NCBI GenBank assembly: GCA_964409665.1
Contig: CAYPEE010000001.1
Span: 16,844 to 60,199, forward strand
Reading direction: 5' to 3'
Source of the DNA: an uncultured Oscillospiraceae bacterium
Lineage (GTDB): Bacteria > Bacillota > Clostridia > Oscillospirales > Oscillospiraceae
Length of the DNA stretch: 43,356 nt
Part shown: positions 18,912 to 27,460 of the stretch, piece after piece
How the letters are laid out: every line of letters begins with the position of its first letter
Position numbering within the stretch: position 1 is the stretch's first letter
Position numbers and translations under genes: made by a program
Notes under the pieces: model-generated
Seen by the model: the letters and a program-made list of their open reading frames with translations, nothing else
Told to the model about the DNA's origin: nothing
The model's database searches: none

Positions 18912-19679
18912 GTGCCGAGCAGGATCATAAAAGAATCCATCGTCACCAGCGAATCGCTGACAGAGATCAGCGCGGAAGCGGAACGCTTCTTCTGGCGCCT
19001 GGTCGTCAAGGCCGACGACTACGGCCTTTATTACGGGAACCCGCGAATCCTGGCGTCTATGTGCTTCCCTATGGAGCCGCCGAAGGAACAGAAGGTCGTC
19101 GCGTGGCTGGGCGAACTGGTCGCCGCCGGCATGGTCGGGACCTATACGGCCGCCGAAGACGGGAAGAAATACCTGAAACTTCTGTCCTGGGACAAACACC
19201 AGCAGACGCGCGCGAAGAAAAGCAAATATCCGCTTCCTGTTGCATTTGATAACACTTGCAAACAGACGAATGGAAAGCAAGTGAAATCAAAAGTCCCCGT
19301 AAACGTAAACGAAAACGGGAACGAAAACGAGAAACGAGAAACGGGAACGCGCCCAGACGGGGCGCAAGTGACCCCGCCGGGATTTGATCGCTTCTGGTCA
19401 GTCTATCCCCGCCGGGTCGGGAAACAGGACGCCCTGAAAGCCTGGGGACAGCTTCAGCCGGACGAAGACCTGGTCGGCCAGATCGTGGCCGGGGTCGAAC
19501 GCTGGAAGACAAGTGACACCTGGACGAAGGACGGCGGGAAGTTCATCTGTTACCCCGCGACCTTCCTTCGCGGCCGGCGCTGGGAGGAAGACAACCGGCC
19601 CGACGCCCTGGACGCGACCGCCCCCGGCCGCGCCGCCCGGAACTACGACGGCGACGAAGACTTCCTGGGGGGACGGTGA
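18912..19679 (+). CDS. Phage replication initiator / replisome organiser
   Basis: MPSRIIKESI...ADDYG N-terminus; FDRFWSVYPRRVGK...YPATFL C-terminus; precedes helicase loader. Confidence 0.8.
   Translation: MPSRIIKESIVTSESLTEISAEAERFFWRLVVKADDYGLYYGNPRILASMCFPMEPPKEQKVVAWLGELVAAGMVGTYTAAEDGKKYLKLLSWDKHQQTRAKKSKYPLPVAFDNTCKQTNGKQVKSKVPVNVNENGNENEKRETGTRPDGAQVTPPGFDRFWSVYPRRVGKQDALKAWGQLQPDEDLVGQIVAGVERWKTSDTWTKDGGKFICYPATFLRGRRWEEDNRPDALDATAPGRAARNYDGDEDFLGGR
19301..19349 (+). repeat. A-rich AACG short repeats inside initiator gene (candidate origin)
   Basis: aaacgtaaacgaaaacgggaacgaaaacgagaaacgagaaacgggaacg, 8 AACG units. Confidence 0.4.
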
Positions 19680-19683
19680 TCGC

Positions 19684-20556
19684 GTGGAATCTATCGGCGA
19701 CATCATGGCCGGCATGATCCAGAAAAGCCTTCAGAACGAAGAACCCGGCGACTACTACGGGGAAGACGGCTTCCTTTACTGCGGGAAGTGCCACACCCGG
19801 AAACAGTATGAAATCACCCTTCCGGCCGACGGGGACGGGACGGAACGGAAGGTCCGCGTCGGGATCGCCTGTAAGTGTCAGGCGGCCGTCCTGGAAGCGG
19901 AGGAACGCGAACGCGAACGGAAGGACTTCGAACAGCGCATGGAAGCCCTTCGGCGGGACGGGATCACCGACCCGGCCTATTTGCGATACACCTTCGCCCA
20001 GGACGACCGCCGGAACCCCGACGTCACGGACGTCTGTCTTCGATACGTCCAGAACTGGAAGGAAATGAAGGCGGAAAACATCGGAATCCTGTTCTATGGC
20101 GACGTCGGGACCGGGAAGTCCTTCCTGGCGTGTGCGATTGCGAACGCCCTTCTGGGGCGCCTGGTCAGCGTCAGCGTGACCAACTTCCCCCGGCTTCTGA
20201 ACGCGATCCAGGGGACCTTCGACGAAGAACGCCAGCGGCGGATCGACAGCCTTCAGCGATATTCCCTTCTGGTCATTGACGACCTGGGGGTCGAGCGCGA
20301 CACGGCGTTTTCCGTCGAACAGGTCTACAACGTGATCGACACCAGGGCCAGGTCCGGGAAGCCCGTGATCATCACGACGAATCTGTCCATGAAGGACCTT
20401 CAGAACCCGCCGTCCCTGGCCTATAAGCGAATCTATGACCGGGTCCTGGAAATGTGTCCGATCCGGCTGAAAATGGTCGGAGAATCCCGCCGCGCCGGCA
20501 ACGCGAACGAACGCCGGGAACTGGCGCGGCGGCTTCTGGGCCTGGAAGGGGCGTGA
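19684..20556 (+). CDS. DnaC/IstB-like AAA+ helicase loader
   Basis: CGKC..CKC zinc site, GDVGTGKS Walker A, LLVIDDLG Walker B, ITTN, RIYDRV; start uncertain (19684 or 19705). Confidence 0.88.
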   Translation: MESIGDIMAGMIQKSLQNEEPGDYYGEDGFLYCGKCHTRKQYEITLPADGDGTERKVRVGIACKCQAAVLEAEERERERKDFEQRMEALRRDGITDPAYLRYTFAQDDRRNPDVTDVCLRYVQNWKEMKAENIGILFYGDVGTGKSFLACAIANALLGRLVSVSVTNFPRLLNAIQGTFDEERQRRIDSLQRYSLLVIDDLGVERDTAFSVEQVYNVIDTRARSGKPVIITTNLSMKDLQNPPSLAYKRIYDRVLEMCPIRLKMVGESRRAGNANERRELARRLLGLEGA

Positions 20557-20560
20557 CACC

Positions 20561-20977
20561 GTGAAACAGTACAGACTGACGATCCCCGGCGTCCTTCCCG
20601 GCCTGAATGAGTACATCGACGCGGAGCGCGGCCACAATGGGAAATACAAGGCCGCTTCCATGAAGAAACAGGCCCAGAACGTGATCGGCTTCCTGGTAAA
20701 GACCCAGCTTCTGGGCGTTCACTTCACCCGCCCCGTGATCATTCGCTACTTGTGGATCGAACCGTCCCGCCGGCGCGATAAGGACAATATCGCCTTCGCG
20801 AAGAAGTTCATACAGGACGCCCTGGTCGAAGCCGGGACCCTGAAGAACGACGGCTGGGACGAAATCGCACAATTCACCGACGACTTCGCCGTGGACCGGA
20901 AGAACCCCCGGATCGAAGTCACGATCGAAGAAATCGAAGGAGGAACCCGAAATGGGAAAAGCAACCGTAAAAATTAA
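20561..20977 (+). CDS. RusA-like Holliday junction resolvase
   Basis: RRRDKDNI...KFIQDALV...ND...NPRIEVTIEE. Confidence 0.8.
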   Translation: MKQYRLTIPGVLPGLNEYIDAERGHNGKYKAASMKKQAQNVIGFLVKTQLLGVHFTRPVIIRYLWIEPSRRRDKDNIAFAKKFIQDALVEAGTLKNDGWDEIAQFTDDFAVDRKNPRIEVTIEEIEGGTRNGKSNRKN

Positions 20978-21662
20978 GGACCTGGCCCCCGGCGCGGTCT
21001 TCGACACCGGGATCGAGGGCGTCAAGGCCCAGATCATGGAACACTTCGCGACCGGGGAAACCCTTCTGGTGACGGCGGCGCCGATCGGCTTCCGGCCCTT
21101 CACCGTCCGCCCCTTCACCTTCAGGGAACCCAGCGACGAAAACGCGAAGCCGAACAACTTCGCCTTCGCGTCCCTTCGGAACGACCTGAATAACGACTTC
21201 CTGGACGCCCTGGTCGACGGCGGCGTGATCCCCTATGAGCGAATCAGCGACACCGCCTGGGACCTGTCCGACCACCAGGGCGGCCCCGGCTATGGGTCCG
21301 TCACCTGTAAGGTCGGAATGTTGACCGAACCCCAGGTCAGGAAATACTTCGACGCCGGCCTTCTGAAGATCGAAGACTGGGAATGGACGATCACCCCGAG
21401 CGCCGGCAACGCGAACTACGCGCGGCACGTCAACCCCGACGGGAGCCTGAACCACTACAACGCGTACGTCGGCCACAACGGCGTTCGGCCGGCTTTGGTC
21501 GTGGATTCTGACATCTGTCTATCCCTGGAACCTGACGAAGTCGACCTGTCGGATTCCGTTCTGTTGCGGGAATACAGTTCGAAGCGCCTTGTCGAAGAAG
21601 TCCTTCGCCGGATCGCCGCCGGGGAGGAAGACACGGCCGACGACGACGGGGACGAATGGTAA
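20952..21662 (+). CDS. DGR target protein 2 (DUF6273-like / CLec-type domain), early-region gene
   Basis: NNFAFASLRNDLN...KVGMLT...WEWTITP...GVRPAL; contains VR2. Confidence 0.85.
   Translation: MGKATVKIKDLAPGAVFDTGIEGVKAQIMEHFATGETLLVTAAPIGFRPFTVRPFTFREPSDENAKPNNFAFASLRNDLNNDFLDALVDGGVIPYERISDTAWDLSDHQGGPGYGSVTCKVGMLTEPQVRKYFDAGLLKIEDWEWTITPSAGNANYARHVNPDGSLNHYNAYVGHNGVRPALVVDSDICLSLEPDEVDLSDSVLLREYSSKRLVEEVLRRIAAGEEDTADDDGDEW
21393..21497 (+). repeat. DGR variable region VR2
   Basis: 105-nt ungapped match to TR; 10 mismatches, all at TR adenines. Confidence 0.95.
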
Positions 21663-21898
21663 AGTCCGCCGCCCTGAAGGCCAGGGTCGAAGACAGGATC
21701 GGGGCCGCCCTTCCGGCTGACGTCTTCGACCAGGCCGAACAATACGCGCGCCGGAAGCTGGCCCTGATCAACGCGCGCGCCGGCCGTCAATACGGCGAAG
21801 ACGGCTACGGCGACGAATACCTGGTCATTCTGGCCGTCGAGATCGTCCGGGAAATGGCCCTGACGGCCTACCTGAACGGGAAGGGGGCGGCCGTATGA
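21656..21898 (+). CDS. Phage hypothetical protein
   Basis: Overlapping start/stop with neighbours; phage codon usage. Confidence 0.65.
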   Translation: MVKSAALKARVEDRIGAALPADVFDQAEQYARRKLALINARAGRQYGEDGYGDEYLVILAVEIVREMALTAYLNGKGAAV

Positions 21899-22125
21899 GA
21901 AGGCGGAAGGAACCGCTTCCGAAATGGGTCTACGCCTTTTCCTGTCGGAAGTGTCAGAACATTCAGTTCGTCCACGACGAAGCGAAGGGCCGCGACGGCG
22001 ACTACTGCGTGAAGGCGATCGAGCGCGCCGGCGCCGGCCTTCCCGGCCCGATACACGCCGACGACGACCGCGTGGTCCGCTGTGATTGCTTCAGCCCGAT
22101 CCCGGAAGAAGGCGATCCTGGGTGA
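21895..22125 (+). CDS. Small Cys-rich phage protein
   Basis: CRKC...C...CDC; ATGA/GTGA overlaps. Confidence 0.55.
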   Translation: MRRRKEPLPKWVYAFSCRKCQNIQFVHDEAKGRDGDYCVKAIERAGAGLPGPIHADDDRVVRCDCFSPIPEEGDPG

Positions 22126-22670
22126 TACCATTCCCGGACAAAAAGTATTCCGTGATCTACGCCGACCCGCCCTGGTCCTACACCGCCGGCGGGAAACAAA
22201 GGAACGTCCGCCGGCATTACCACACAATGGCCCCGGAAGACATCTTCGACCTTCCGGTCCAGGACATAGCGGCCGACAACTGTCTTCTGTTCCTATGGGC
22301 CACATTCCCGAACCTGGACGTCGCCCTTGAAACGATCCGGCGCTGGGGCTTCAAGTATAAGACCGCCGCCTTCGTCTGGGTCAAGCGGAACAGGAAGTCC
22401 CCCGGCTTTTTCTGGGGTATGGGAAACTGGACCAGGTCGAACCCGGAAGTCTGCCTTCTGGGAGTGAAGGGAAAGCCGACCCGCGCGTCGGCGTCAGTCC
22501 ATAGCGTGATCGAAGCCCCGATCGGCCGGCATAGCGAGAAGCCGGCGGAAACCCGCGACAGGATCGTCCAGCTTGCGGGGGGGGGTCCTATGATCGAACT
22601 ATTCGCACGAAAGACCGCCCCCGGCTGGGACGCCTGGGGCGACGAAGTCGAAGGGAGTGACACACAATGA
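22122..22670 (+). CDS. MT-A70 family adenine methyltransferase
   Basis: YSVIYADPPW, LFLWAT, WGFKYKT..FVWVK, HSEKP, IELFAR, GWDAWGDE. Confidence 0.9.
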   Translation: MIPFPDKKYSVIYADPPWSYTAGGKQRNVRRHYHTMAPEDIFDLPVQDIAADNCLLFLWATFPNLDVALETIRRWGFKYKTAAFVWVKRNRKSPGFFWGMGNWTRSNPEVCLLGVKGKPTRASASVHSVIEAPIGRHSEKPAETRDRIVQLAGGGPMIELFARKTAPGWDAWGDEVEGSDTQ

Positions 22671-23032
22671 GCGACACCAACACCACCCGCGCCAGGGTGG
22701 AAGCGGCCCTGGCCGAACGGCTGAAGGCCAGGATCGGCCCGAACGCCGGGATTCTGGCGGACGACCTTCTGGACGACCTGATCGCCGCCGGCGGCGTCCT
22801 TCTTCCTGTAAGGCCGAACGGGACCGTCTGGGTGATCCACCGCCGGCGCGCCGTGTCCGCGACCGTCATGTTCGCCGGCGTCGGCGCTGACGGCCTGGCC
22901 GCCTTCAGCGTCCTTCGCGGCCGGCTGGGGACCACCGCCTGGTCGTCCATGAACTTCACGGAACACGACATCGGGAAGGCCGTGTTCCTGACGCGGGAAG
23001 ACGCCGAAGCGGCCCTGAAGGCGGAAGAATGA
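22667..23032 (+). CDS. Phage hypothetical protein
   Basis: C-terminal IGKAVFLTREDAEAAL motif common in Firmicutes phage early proteins. Confidence 0.65.
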   Translation: MSDTNTTRARVEAALAERLKARIGPNAGILADDLLDDLIAAGGVLLPVRPNGTVWVIHRRRAVSATVMFAGVGADGLAAFSVLRGRLGTTAWSSMNFTEHDIGKAVFLTREDAEAALKAEE

Positions 23033-23217
23033 GGGACCGGGGATTCCTTGAATCCGTCCGGCGGAAGCAGACCGACCGGCTGAAGGTCTGTGAAACCTGT
23101 GGAAACCTGGTCCGCCTGGGCGGAACGCTGATCGGCTGTGAAGCCCATGACAAACTGATCCTTCCCGACTATCTCCCATACCACGGGAACATGACCTGTC
23201 CCGACTGGAAGAAATAA
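23029..23217 (+). CDS. Small Cys-containing phage protein
   Basis: CETC...C...CPDW; ATGA overlap. Confidence 0.55.
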   Translation: MRDRGFLESVRRKQTDRLKVCETCGNLVRLGGTLIGCEAHDKLILPDYLPYHGNMTCPDWKK

Positions 23218-23234
23218 CGATAAGGAGGAACCCC

Positions 23235-23612
23235 ATGACTATTTCCGACATCATTCAGCGCGCGCATGACAACGCCGTGAAACATGGCTTCTGGAACCCG
23301 GCCCCGGAGTTCGGGACCGCGATCGCGCTGATTCATTCCGAACTGTCCGAAGCCCTGGAAGAAATGAGGGCCGGGAACAAGATCAGGCCGAAGGACCCGA
23401 CGCCCATGATCTACTTCAGCGGCGGCGGATATGTCGCGACGGACCCGACCCGCGTCTGTACGAAGCCCGAAGGCGTGGCCGTGGAACTGGCCGACGCCGT
23501 GATCCGGATCGCGGACCTGTGCGGACACCTGGGGATCGACCTGGAAGCGGCGATCGCCCTGAAAATGGACTATAACGAAACGCGCCCGTTCAAACACGGG
23601 AAGCGGTTCTGA
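23235..23612 (+). CDS. MazG-like nucleotide pyrophosphohydrolase
   Basis: IALIHSELSEALEE...ELADAVIRIADL...KMDYNETRP.KHGKRF; RBS AAGGAGG. Confidence 0.8.
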   Translation: MTISDIIQRAHDNAVKHGFWNPAPEFGTAIALIHSELSEALEEMRAGNKIRPKDPTPMIYFSGGGYVATDPTRVCTKPEGVAVELADAVIRIADLCGHLGIDLEAAIALKMDYNETRPFKHGKRF

Positions 23613-23617
23613 AGGGG

Positions 23618-24058
23618 GTGGTCCGTATGCTGACGACACGCCAGAACCCGCCGGTCGAAGTCCGGCGCGGCGACGTCTTCTTCTGTCAGGGAAGCCTGGA
23701 CGGCGCCGACTGGAACACCAGGAAGACCCGCCCGGTCGTGGTCATATCGAACGACGCCGGGAACACCACGTCCCCGAAGGTGATCGTCGTGAACATGACG
23801 ACCAACGTCACCCGCCGCCTTTATCCTATGCACTTCGACATAGTGATCACAGGCCGGGGCGTGTCCCGCGTTCACTGTGAGGAAATCAGGACGGTCGAGA
23901 AGGTCGACCTGATCGACCGAATCTATTCCCTGACCCCCGAAGAAGTCCGGCACCTGGATCACTGTCTGGCCTGGTCCCTGGGTATGGCCCCCAGAAGCCC
24001 CCCAGACGCCCCAGGAAGCCCCCAGGGGCGCGGACGCCGGGGACGCCCTGTTCCATAG
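23618..24058 (+). CDS. PemK/MazF-family protein; C-terminus appears frameshifted (alternative frame continues to 24245)
   Basis: VRRGDVFF...KTRPVVVISND.GN...VIVV..TT...CEEIRTVEK. Confidence 0.78.
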   Translation: MVRMLTTRQNPPVEVRRGDVFFCQGSLDGADWNTRKTRPVVVISNDAGNTTSPKVIVVNMTTNVTRRLYPMHFDIVITGRGVSRVHCEEIRTVEKVDLIDRIYSLTPEEVRHLDHCLAWSLGMAPRSPPDAPGSPQGRGRRGRPVP

Positions 24059-24241
24059 ACTGGCCCGGAAGGGCCTGTCAGCGGCCGTCATTCCCCTTCC
24101 GCTACTGAATCAGGTGAACGTCACGATCACCGACGGCGGACAGGTCAACGTGACCCGAAACTTCACCGCCGGGATCATGGAGGGGATCAGACACATCGTC
24201 GACGTTCTGGACGACCGGGACGCCGGCGCGGAGGAAGACCA

Positions 24242-24544
24242 GTGAAGACGTGTTCCGTATGCGGCCGGAAGGTGAACGTGACGGTCGCCTGTCCATACCA
24301 GCGCCGGGGCCTGGAAACCTGTCCCGACTGTTGCGAAAAGTGCTACCAGACGACCCCCTTCCCCTGTCGGGAACACGACCAGCGGAAGGCGGCGGAGCCG
24401 AAGACCTGGGACGCCGCCGCCGCGAAGCTGGCCGGCGCCCTGGACCTTCCCGAAGACCAGGCGATCCCCTGTCTGATCGCATACGCTTGCACACGCTATG
24501 TATGGCAAGGGAAGCGACTATACAAAGATTTACAACGCGAATAA
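24242..24544 (+). CDS. Cys-rich phage protein, probably truncated/chimeric at the deletion junction
   Basis: CSVC..CPDCCEKC; last ~14 aa are an out-of-frame read of the LysM remnant. Confidence 0.5.
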   Translation: MKTCSVCGRKVNVTVACPYQRRGLETCPDCCEKCYQTTPFPCREHDQRKAAEPKTWDAAAAKLAGALDLPEDQAIPCLIAYACTRYVWQGKRLYKDLQRE

Positions 24545-24605
24545 AGGGGTGATCGGGAAGAACCCGAATCTGATCTACCCCGGACAGGTCTTCGTGATCC
24601 CATGA
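24501..24605 (+). pseudogene. C-terminal remnant of XkdP-like LysM tail protein
   Basis: YGKGSDYTKIYNANKGVIGKNPNLIYPGQVFVIP*; stop overlaps xkdQ ATG; N-terminal part absent. Confidence 0.85.
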
Positions 24606-25555
24606 CGATTCTATATCAGAACAACGTCAGCGGCGACGCCTTCGACGTCGCTTCGCTGTGTACGGCCGCGAAGTGGTCCACAAAACGGTCCGGGTCCCCC
24701 GCTTCCCTGGAACTGACCGTCATAGACCACCCGTCGGTCGAATGGGTCCACGGCGGGATCGTGGCCCTGAAGGACGACGACGGGAACGGCCTGTTCTATG
24801 GCTACGTCGTGAAGATCGGCCGGTCCGAGAAGGAACAGACCACCGTCACCGCCTACGACCAGACCTGGTATTTGAAAAGGAACAAGGAAACCTATGTCTT
24901 CAACGGGAAACGCGCCGATCAGATTCTGACGGAGATCGCCGAAGACTTCGGCCTGAAATGCGGGTCCCTTGCGAATACCGGCTATGCGATCCCGTCCATG
25001 ATCGAAGACGGCCAGACCCTTTTCGACATAGCCCTGAAGGCCCTGGACCATACCCTGATCAACCCCGGGACAATGTTCGACCTATGGGACGACTTCGGGT
25101 CCCTTCGGATCACCGACGTCGAACAGTCGAAGCTGGACCTGTACGTCGGCGACCGAAGTCTGGCGACCGGCTACACCTACGAATCGGAAATTGATTCCGA
25201 AACCTACAACAAGATCAAACTGGTCCGGGACAACAAGGAAACCGGAAAACGCGACGTTTATATCTTCCAGGATTCAAAGAACATGACCCTATGGGGCGTC
25301 CTTCAGGACTACGAATCCGTCGACGAAGATATGAACGAAGCCCAGATCAAAGAACGCGGCGGTCAAATGCTGGAACTTTACAACCGCCCGAAGAAGTCCT
25401 TCGAAGTCAAGGCCCTTCTGGACCTGTCCGTCCGCGCCGGCCGCGCCCTGTATATCGGGATCGAGCGGGTCGGCGTCAGTTCCTTCTTCATCGTCGAGGA
25501 ACACACGGCGGACCTTCTGAAGGAAACTATGACGTTGAAACTGAAGGTGGTGTGA
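24602..25555 (+). CDS. XkdQ/YqbQ-like baseplate hub protein
   Basis: TAYDQTWYLKRNKETY, SEIDSETYNKIKL, WGVLQ; order P-Q-R-S-T-U. Confidence 0.82.
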   Translation: MTILYQNNVSGDAFDVASLCTAAKWSTKRSGSPASLELTVIDHPSVEWVHGGIVALKDDDGNGLFYGYVVKIGRSEKEQTTVTAYDQTWYLKRNKETYVFNGKRADQILTEIAEDFGLKCGSLANTGYAIPSMIEDGQTLFDIALKALDHTLINPGTMFDLWDDFGSLRITDVEQSKLDLYVGDRSLATGYTYESEIDSETYNKIKLVRDNKETGKRDVYIFQDSKNMTLWGVLQDYESVDEDMNEAQIKERGGQMLELYNRPKKSFEVKALLDLSVRAGRALYIGIERVGVSSFFIVEEHTADLLKETMTLKLKVV

Positions 25556-25556
25556 T

Positions 25557-25961
25557 ATGTCTTTACTTGACGTAATGAAGAAGACCGCCGAACAGTCCCA
25601 GGGGGCCGCCGTCCCGGCGGCCTTCATGTTCGGAAATGTGACGGCCCTGTCGCCGCTGACGATCCGTGTCGACAACCGCTTCGACATATCCGGCGAAGCG
25701 ATCGTCGTCCCGAAGGAATATCGCGCCGGCTACTACCCGACACACCGTCACACCGGCTTCGCCGACAGCCCGACGACTGAATCCAGGTCCGGCGGCGCCG
25801 GCGAAGCGGCCTTCGCTGGACACGATCACGTCCTGAAGGACACCTACAAGACCAACACCGGCCAGACGTCCGAAGAATACTACGGTCTGGCCGTCGGCGA
25901 CAAGGTGGTCCTTCTTCGGAATCATGGCGGCCAGTCCTTCCTGGTCCTGGGGAGGGTGTGA
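25557..25961 (+). CDS. XkdR/DUF2577-like baseplate spike protein
   Basis: FGNVTALSPLTIRVD...GLAVGDKVVLLR..GGQSFLVL. Confidence 0.78.
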   Translation: MSLLDVMKKTAEQSQGAAVPAAFMFGNVTALSPLTIRVDNRFDISGEAIVVPKEYRAGYYPTHRHTGFADSPTTESRSGGAGEAAFAGHDHVLKDTYKTNTGQTSEEYYGLAVGDKVVLLRNHGGQSFLVLGRV

Positions 25962-25962
25962 A

Positions 25963-26391
25963 ATGGCGCTGACACCGAATCAGGGCGCGGTCACGGTCGG
26001 CGACGTGGTGGAAATCACGTCCCCGGCAGACCAGCCGACCCGAACCTATAAACTGGACCTGGACGCCGGCCGCGTGGCCGGCATGGTCGACGGCGTGGAC
26101 GCTATGAAACAGGTGATCCTGAAAATCCTGTTGACAGAGCGGTTCTCCTACCTGATTTATTCCTGGAACTATGGAATCGAACTGAACGCCGTGGTCGGGA
26201 AAAGTTATCAGGTGTTTTCAAGTGAAATCAAACGCGTTATAACGGAAGCCCTTCTGGCGGACAGCCGGATCACGGCCGTCACGGACTTCAAGGTCGAACA
26301 GATCGACAAGAGGTCCGCGCGCGTCAGCTTCACGGCGGACACCGTCTTCGGCCCGATTGAAATTGAAAGGACGGTGACGGCCAATGTATGA
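25963..26391 (+). CDS. XkdS/DUF2634 baseplate wedge protein
   Basis: AMKQ..LKILLTERF.YLIYSWNYGIE...ITEALL.DSRI...DTVFG. Confidence 0.82.
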   Translation: MALTPNQGAVTVGDVVEITSPADQPTRTYKLDLDAGRVAGMVDGVDAMKQVILKILLTERFSYLIYSWNYGIELNAVVGKSYQVFSSEIKRVITEALLADSRITAVTDFKVEQIDKRSARVSFTADTVFGPIEIERTVTANV

Positions 26392-27460
26392 AAACATGAC
26401 CTTCGAAAACATCATGGACCGCTGTCTGTCCCGCGTGTCCGCTTCCGTGGACAAACGGGAAGGGTCCATCGTCTGGGACGCGATCGCGCCGGCGGCGGCC
26501 GAACTGGCGATCATGTATATCGAACTGGCCTATCTTCTGGACAGGGCCTTCCCGGACACCGCGACGGGGGACGACCTGACGAAGAAGTGTCAGGAACGAA
26601 GCGTCTTCAGGACGGCCGCGACCTATGCGGTCCGGCGGGGCTACTTCGAAAAGGCGGACGGGTCCGGCTGTGACGTGGAGATCGGGACCAGGTTTTCCGG
26701 CGGCGGGATCAACTACGCCGCGACGGAGCGGACGGCGCCCGGTCAGTACAGGCTGACGGCCGAAACCCCCGGCGTGATCGGGAACACCTACGTCGGGACC
26801 CTGTTCCCGATCGACTATGTCCCGGACCTGGCGGCCGCGCGGATCGCGGACATTCTGATCCCCGGCGAAGACGAAGAAGACGACGACGCCCTTCGGGAAC
26901 GCTACTTCGCGTCCCTGGAATCCCAGGCGTTCGGCGGGAATATCGCCGACTACAAGGAAAAGGTCGGACTTATGGACGGGGTCGGGGCCGTGAAGGTGGT
27001 CCCGGTCTGGAACGGCGGCGGGACCGTCAAGGTCATAATCGTCGCGTCCGACTGGTCCGTCCCTTCCCCCGAACTGGTCCAGAAGGTCCAGGAAGCCGTC
27101 GACCCCGTCGGGACCCCCGGCGTCGGCCTGGGGATCGCGCCGATCGGGCACGTCGTCACGGTCGAGGGCGTGGAGGGGACGAGGATCGACGTGTCCTTCA
27201 CGCTGACCTTCGACGGCGTCACCTGGGAAGACGTGAAGGCGAACGTCGAAACGGCCCTAAAGGACTACTTCCGGGAACTGGCCCAGTCCTGGGCCGACAC
27301 CGACAGCCTGGTCGTCCGGGTCAGTCAGGTCGAAACCCGTGTCCTGGACGTGGCCGGCGTCATTGACGTCGCCGGGACGAAGATCAACGGCGCCGCGTCG
27401 AACGTGACCCTGGCGTCGAACGCGATCCCGGTCCTGGGGGTGGTCACGAATGGAAATTAA
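26384..27460 (+). CDS. Baseplate J-like protein (XkdT)
   Basis: DKREGSIVWDAIAP, EDDDALRER, GGNIADY, WNGGGTVKV, GIAPIGH. Confidence 0.9.
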   Translation: MYENMTFENIMDRCLSRVSASVDKREGSIVWDAIAPAAAELAIMYIELAYLLDRAFPDTATGDDLTKKCQERSVFRTAATYAVRRGYFEKADGSGCDVEIGTRFSGGGINYAATERTAPGQYRLTAETPGVIGNTYVGTLFPIDYVPDLAAARIADILIPGEDEEDDDALRERYFASLESQAFGGNIADYKEKVGLMDGVGAVKVVPVWNGGGTVKVIIVASDWSVPSPELVQKVQEAVDPVGTPGVGLGIAPIGHVVTVEGVEGTRIDVSFTLTFDGVTWEDVKANVETALKDYFRELAQSWADTDSLVVRVSQVETRVLDVAGVIDVAGTKINGAASNVTLASNAIPVLGVVTNGN

